Shown: positions 61,390-64,000 of the stretch, one piece after another | Layout of the letters: every line of letters starts with the position of its first letter | Numbering within the stretch: the stretch's first letter is position 1 | Assembly: GCA_020029595.1 (NCBI GenBank) | Contig: JAIBJN010000002.1 | Span: 844 to 64,843, forward strand | Length of the DNA: 64,000 nucleotides | Direction of reading: 5' to 3' | Source of the DNA: Actinomycetota bacterium | GTDB lineage: Bacteria; Actinomycetota; Thermoleophilia; Gaiellales; Gaiellaceae | The notes under the pieces: model-generated | Database searches by the model: none | What the model was told of the DNA's origin: nothing | The model's input: the letters and a program-made list of their open reading frames with translations, nothing else | Position numbers and translations under genes: made by a program

Positions 61390-64000
61390 CTACGGAGTGC
61401 CGTTGATGTAGTGCTCGGAGATCGTCGCGGCGCCGAGGGCGCGATCGTAGACAGCCAGCTCGTCCAGGACGCCGGCGCCGAAGAGCGCGCTGCCGCCGCG
61501 CGACATGAAGTACAGGGCCGCGTTGGCGAACGGTCCGGCGCCGGTCCCGCTGGCGCTCTTCGCGTACGCGATCGGCTGCCCGTCGACGTACGGCGTGATC
61601 TGCGTGGCGGACGGAGCGGTGGCGTCGAGCACGAACGCGTAGTGGTGCCAGGCGCCGGCGCTCGGGCGCGTGAACCTCGCCGTGTTGCGGGAAAGGTCGC
61701 GACCGATTCCCACGCTGAAGTCGCCGTCGGAGCTGTTCGGAACGACGATGAAGCCGCCGTCGTTCTGGTTGAAGTTCTGCGTCAGCTCGAGCGCCAGGTC
61801 GTCGTCGTCGGCGAAGGCGTCCCACTTGAGCCAGAACTCGACGGTGATCGCGCTCGTCGCGGACAGGTTCACGTTCGCCTGGGCAAAGTCGTCGCTTCCG
61901 TCGTAACGCGCGGCGACGTTGACTGGACCGGCCAGCCCGCCGGGGACACCAAAGGTCACGCCACCACCGGCCGTCGCGGGACTCGAGCCCCTGCTGTCGG
62001 CGAAGGTCGTCCCGCCTGTCTCCTCCATGCGCCAGTAGCTCACGAGCCCGGCGGTCGCGAGGACGGAGGCCTCGTAGGAGGCAGACTTGACGCTGAGCGA
62101 CTGCGTCTTCGTGGCAGTCAGGCCGTCGTCGTCCGTGACCCGAAGACCGACGGCGATCGTCGCGGCGCTCGTATAGGCCCTGGTCGTCGTCGGCGTCGCG
62201 CCCGTGTTGACCTCGTAGGTGCCGTTGCCGTCGAGGTCCCATTGGTATCCGACGATCGTCCCGTCGACGTCGGTGGAGCTCGAGGCGTCGAACTGCACCG
62301 TCTGGTTCAGGACGGCCGGATTCGGCGTGATCGTGAGGTCCGCAGTCGGTGCCGCATTGCCGACAACGAGGGTCTGCGTTTGGATGTCGGTGCCGTTCGA
62401 GTTGTCCAGAACTCGGAGGCGCACGTTGACGACCTGAGCTGTCGAGTAGGAGCGATTGACGATGCGGTTCGTGCCCGAGTCGGTCTCGAAGCTGCCATTG
62501 CCGTCGAGATCCCACTGGAACTTCACGATCGACCCGTCGGGATCGAAGGAAGCGCCGGCGTCGAACCTGACGTTGCGGTTGGGCCTCACCTGGGTCCGCG
62601 ACATGGTGAAGCTCGCGATCGGCCTGCGGTTGGTGCCCGACGAGGCGTAGTGGTCCGCGATCGTGGCCGCGTCCAGCGCCTGGTTGAAGATCGCCACCTC
62701 GTCCAGGTCTCCGCCCCCGAAGAGGCCGGTGCCGGCACGGGACATGAGGTAGAGCGTCGCGTTCGCGAACGCGCCGCCTCCCGTCCCCGAGTCACGCTTC
62801 GTGTAGGACACCGCCTGCCCATCCACGTACGGGGTGATCTGCGTGGCCGCCGGCGCCTCGGCATCGAGCACGAACGCGTAGTGATGCCAGGTGCCCGTGC
62901 TCGGCCTGGTGAAGAACGCGTTGTTGCGCGTGCCGAAGCGCCCGATTCCCACGCCGAATGTCCCGCCGAGCTGCGGGGCGTCGGGGTCGACGAGGAAGCC
63001 CCCGTCGTTCCCGTTGAAGTTGTTCGTGAACTCGAGCGCGAGTTGATCCTCGTCCCGGTAGCGAGTCCACTTGAGCCAGAATTCCACGGTGACGGCGCTC
63101 GTGCCCGAGAGGTTGACCGGAGCGCTCGCGAAGTCGTCCACGCCGTCGAACCGCACCGCCGTATTGGCATCGCCAGCGACTCCGCCGGCGACCCCGAACA
63201 CCGGGGCGCCTGTCGCGCCACCCGCCGCCGTGGCGTGGCTCGTTCCCTTGCTGTCTGCGAGGGTCGGGCCCGTCGCCTCGCCCATCCGCCAGTAGCTCAC
63301 GAGCCCCGCCGTGTCGAGGATCGTGTCGCCGTGCGCGCTCACGCCGCCGGCGTTGACGCCGAGCGGAAGGGTGGCCACGCCTGTCTTTCCGCCGGCATCC
63401 GTGACCCGCAACCCGACGTTGACGGTGGCGACCGAGGCGTACGTCTTCGACGTCGTCGCCGTCGTTCCGGTATCCAGCTCGTAGGTCCCGTTGCCGTCGA
63501 GGTCCCACTCGTACTTGACGATCGCGTTGTCCACGTCGCTCGACGCGGACGCGTTGAACTGGACGGCCAGGTCGACGATGGCCGGGTTCGGGGACGCGGT
63601 GAACGACGCGGTCGGCGGCTGGTTGCCGACGAGCAGGGTGTGCACCTCCGTGTCGGTGCCCGTCAGGTCGTCGGTGACTCGCAGCCGCACGTCCACGCCG
63701 CCCTCGGCCGCGAAGCCGCGCGTGACGGTCGGGTCGGCGCCCGAGTCGAGCTCGAACGATCCGTTGCCGTCGAGGTCCCACTCGTACCTCGCGATCGTGC
63801 CGTCCGGGTCGCTCGAGGTAGACGCGTCGAACGTCACTCCGACGCCCACACCCGCGGGGTTCGGCGTCATCGTGAACCGTGCGACCGGCCGCCGGTTCGT
63901 GCCGAAGCTTGCGTGGTGCTCCGCGATCGTGGCCGCAGAGAGGGCGCGGTCGTAGATCGCCACCTCGTCGAGATAGCCGCGGCCGAAGAGGCTCGCGCCG
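61390..64000 (-). CDS. giant secreted repeat protein built of tandem [PKD-PKD-LamG] supermodules; 5' end beyond the window
   Basis: The reading frame is open to the window edge. The track's 'M' at 63963 is an internal GTG in ...LDEVAIYDRAL. PKD units look like RFTMTPNPAGVGVGVTFDASTSSDPDGTIARYEWDLDGNGSFE. LamG units look like LVSYWRMGEATGPTLADS...VRFDGVDDFASAPVNLSGTSAVTVEFWLKW...WHHYAFVLDA...ITPYVDGQ...LDEVAIFNQALDAATIADHY. Confidence 0.85.
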   Translation of the reverse strand, partial: GASLFGRGYLDEVAIYDRALSAATIAEHHASFGTNRRPVARFTMTPNPAGVGVGVTFDASTSSDPDGTIARYEWDLDGNGSFELDSGADPTVTRGFAAEGGVDVRLRVTDDLTGTDTEVHTLLVGNQPPTASFTASPNPAIVDLAVQFNASASSDVDNAIVKYEWDLDGNGTYELDTGTTATTSKTYASVATVNVGLRVTDAGGKTGVATLPLGVNAGGVSAHGDTILDTAGLVSYWRMGEATGPTLADSKGTSHATAAGGATGAPVFGVAGGVAGDANTAVRFDGVDDFASAPVNLSGTSAVTVEFWLKWTRYRDEDQLALEFTNNFNGNDGGFLVDPDAPQLGGTFGVGIGRFGTRNNAFFTRPSTGTWHHYAFVLDAEAPAATQITPYVDGQAVSYTKRDSGTGGGAFANATLYLMSRAGTGLFGGGDLDEVAIFNQALDAATIADHYASSGTNRRPIASFTMSRTQVRPNRNVRFDAGASFDPDGSIVKFQWDLDGNGSFETDSGTNRIVNRSYSTAQVVNVRLRVLDNSNGTDIQTQTLVVGNAAPTADLTITPNPAVLNQTVQFDASSSTDVDGTIVGYQWDLDGNGTYEVNTGATPTTTRAYTSAATIAVGLRVTDDDGLTATKTQSLSVKSASYEASVLATAGLVSYWRMEETGGTTFADSRGSSPATAGGGVTFGVPGGLAGPVNVAARYDGSDDFAQANVNLSATSAITVEFWLKWDAFADDDDLALELTQNFNQNDGGFIVVPNSSDGDFSVGIGRDLSRNTARFTRPSAGAWHHYAFVLDATAPSATQITPYVDGQPIAYAKSASGTGAGPFANAALYFMSRGGSALFGAGVLDELAVYDRALGAATISEHYINGTP

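Noticed and set aside
1-64000. I looked for CRISPR arrays, tRNA or rRNA genes, integrases, transposases, prophage genes and known defence-system proteins.
   Set aside because: There are no spaced direct repeats, no cloverleaf-capable intergenic segments and no recombinase or transposase-like ORFs. No nuclease/ATPase/methylase gene sets were seen in any frame. The only repeats are the short regulatory palindromes and the intragenic protein-domain repeats reported above.

Overview
This is a very GC-rich bacterial window. Gene content and synteny look actinobacterial, possibly Thermoleophilia or Rubrobacteria, but that is inference only because no search was run. No rRNA, tRNA, CRISPR array or transposase or integrase gene was recognised. 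Many long ORFs in the track are antisense or out-of-frame GC artefacts. Gene starts were re-picked where the longest ORF ran into the upstream gene.

Positions 1-27.1 kb are almost entirely minus-strand housekeeping genes in an ancient conserved order:
- etfB-etfA-ETF:quinone oxidoreductase and a threonine dehydratase
- rpmE-DUF1385-prfA-prmC-tsaC and a sugar epimerase
- glyA-upp-wecA and a PLP decarboxylase
- atpI-B-E-F-H-A-G, then a Kelch-repeat protein and a truncated peptide ABC binding protein
- a thiG-thiS-thiE operon behind a clear TPP riboswitch
- an operon of an orphan B12-binding mutase subunit, an enoyl-CoA hydratase, and a fusion of a homocysteine S-methyltransferase with a SAM methyltransferase

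The atp operon stops after gamma, with no beta or epsilon gene.

Positions 27.9-64 kb look like one large accessory cell-envelope glycan locus:
- Sugar supply: UDP-glucose dehydrogenase plus UDP-xylose synthase, and a WlbA/WlbB/WlbC-like dehydrogenase, N-acetyltransferase and aminotransferase triad.
- Assembly: a PglC-like priming transferase, several GT2/GT4 enzymes, a Wzz-like and a Wzy-like protein, two MOP-type flippases and two full-length AsnB amidotransferases.
- Surface proteins: four copies of a right-handed beta-helix module, one of them fused in frame to a polytopic GT-C-like membrane protein, plus a giant secreted protein built from tandem PKD-PKD-LamG supermodules that runs off the window.
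- Regulation: an ECF sigma factor translationally coupled to the aminotransferase with no anti-sigma gene, and two tandem LuxR-type regulators. Both regulators lack the phospho-acceptor aspartate, and each start codon sits inside the same 22-bp palindrome.

I did not find a defence system, CRISPR array or mobile element. The most unusual content is the regulatory and architectural oddities of the glycan locus.
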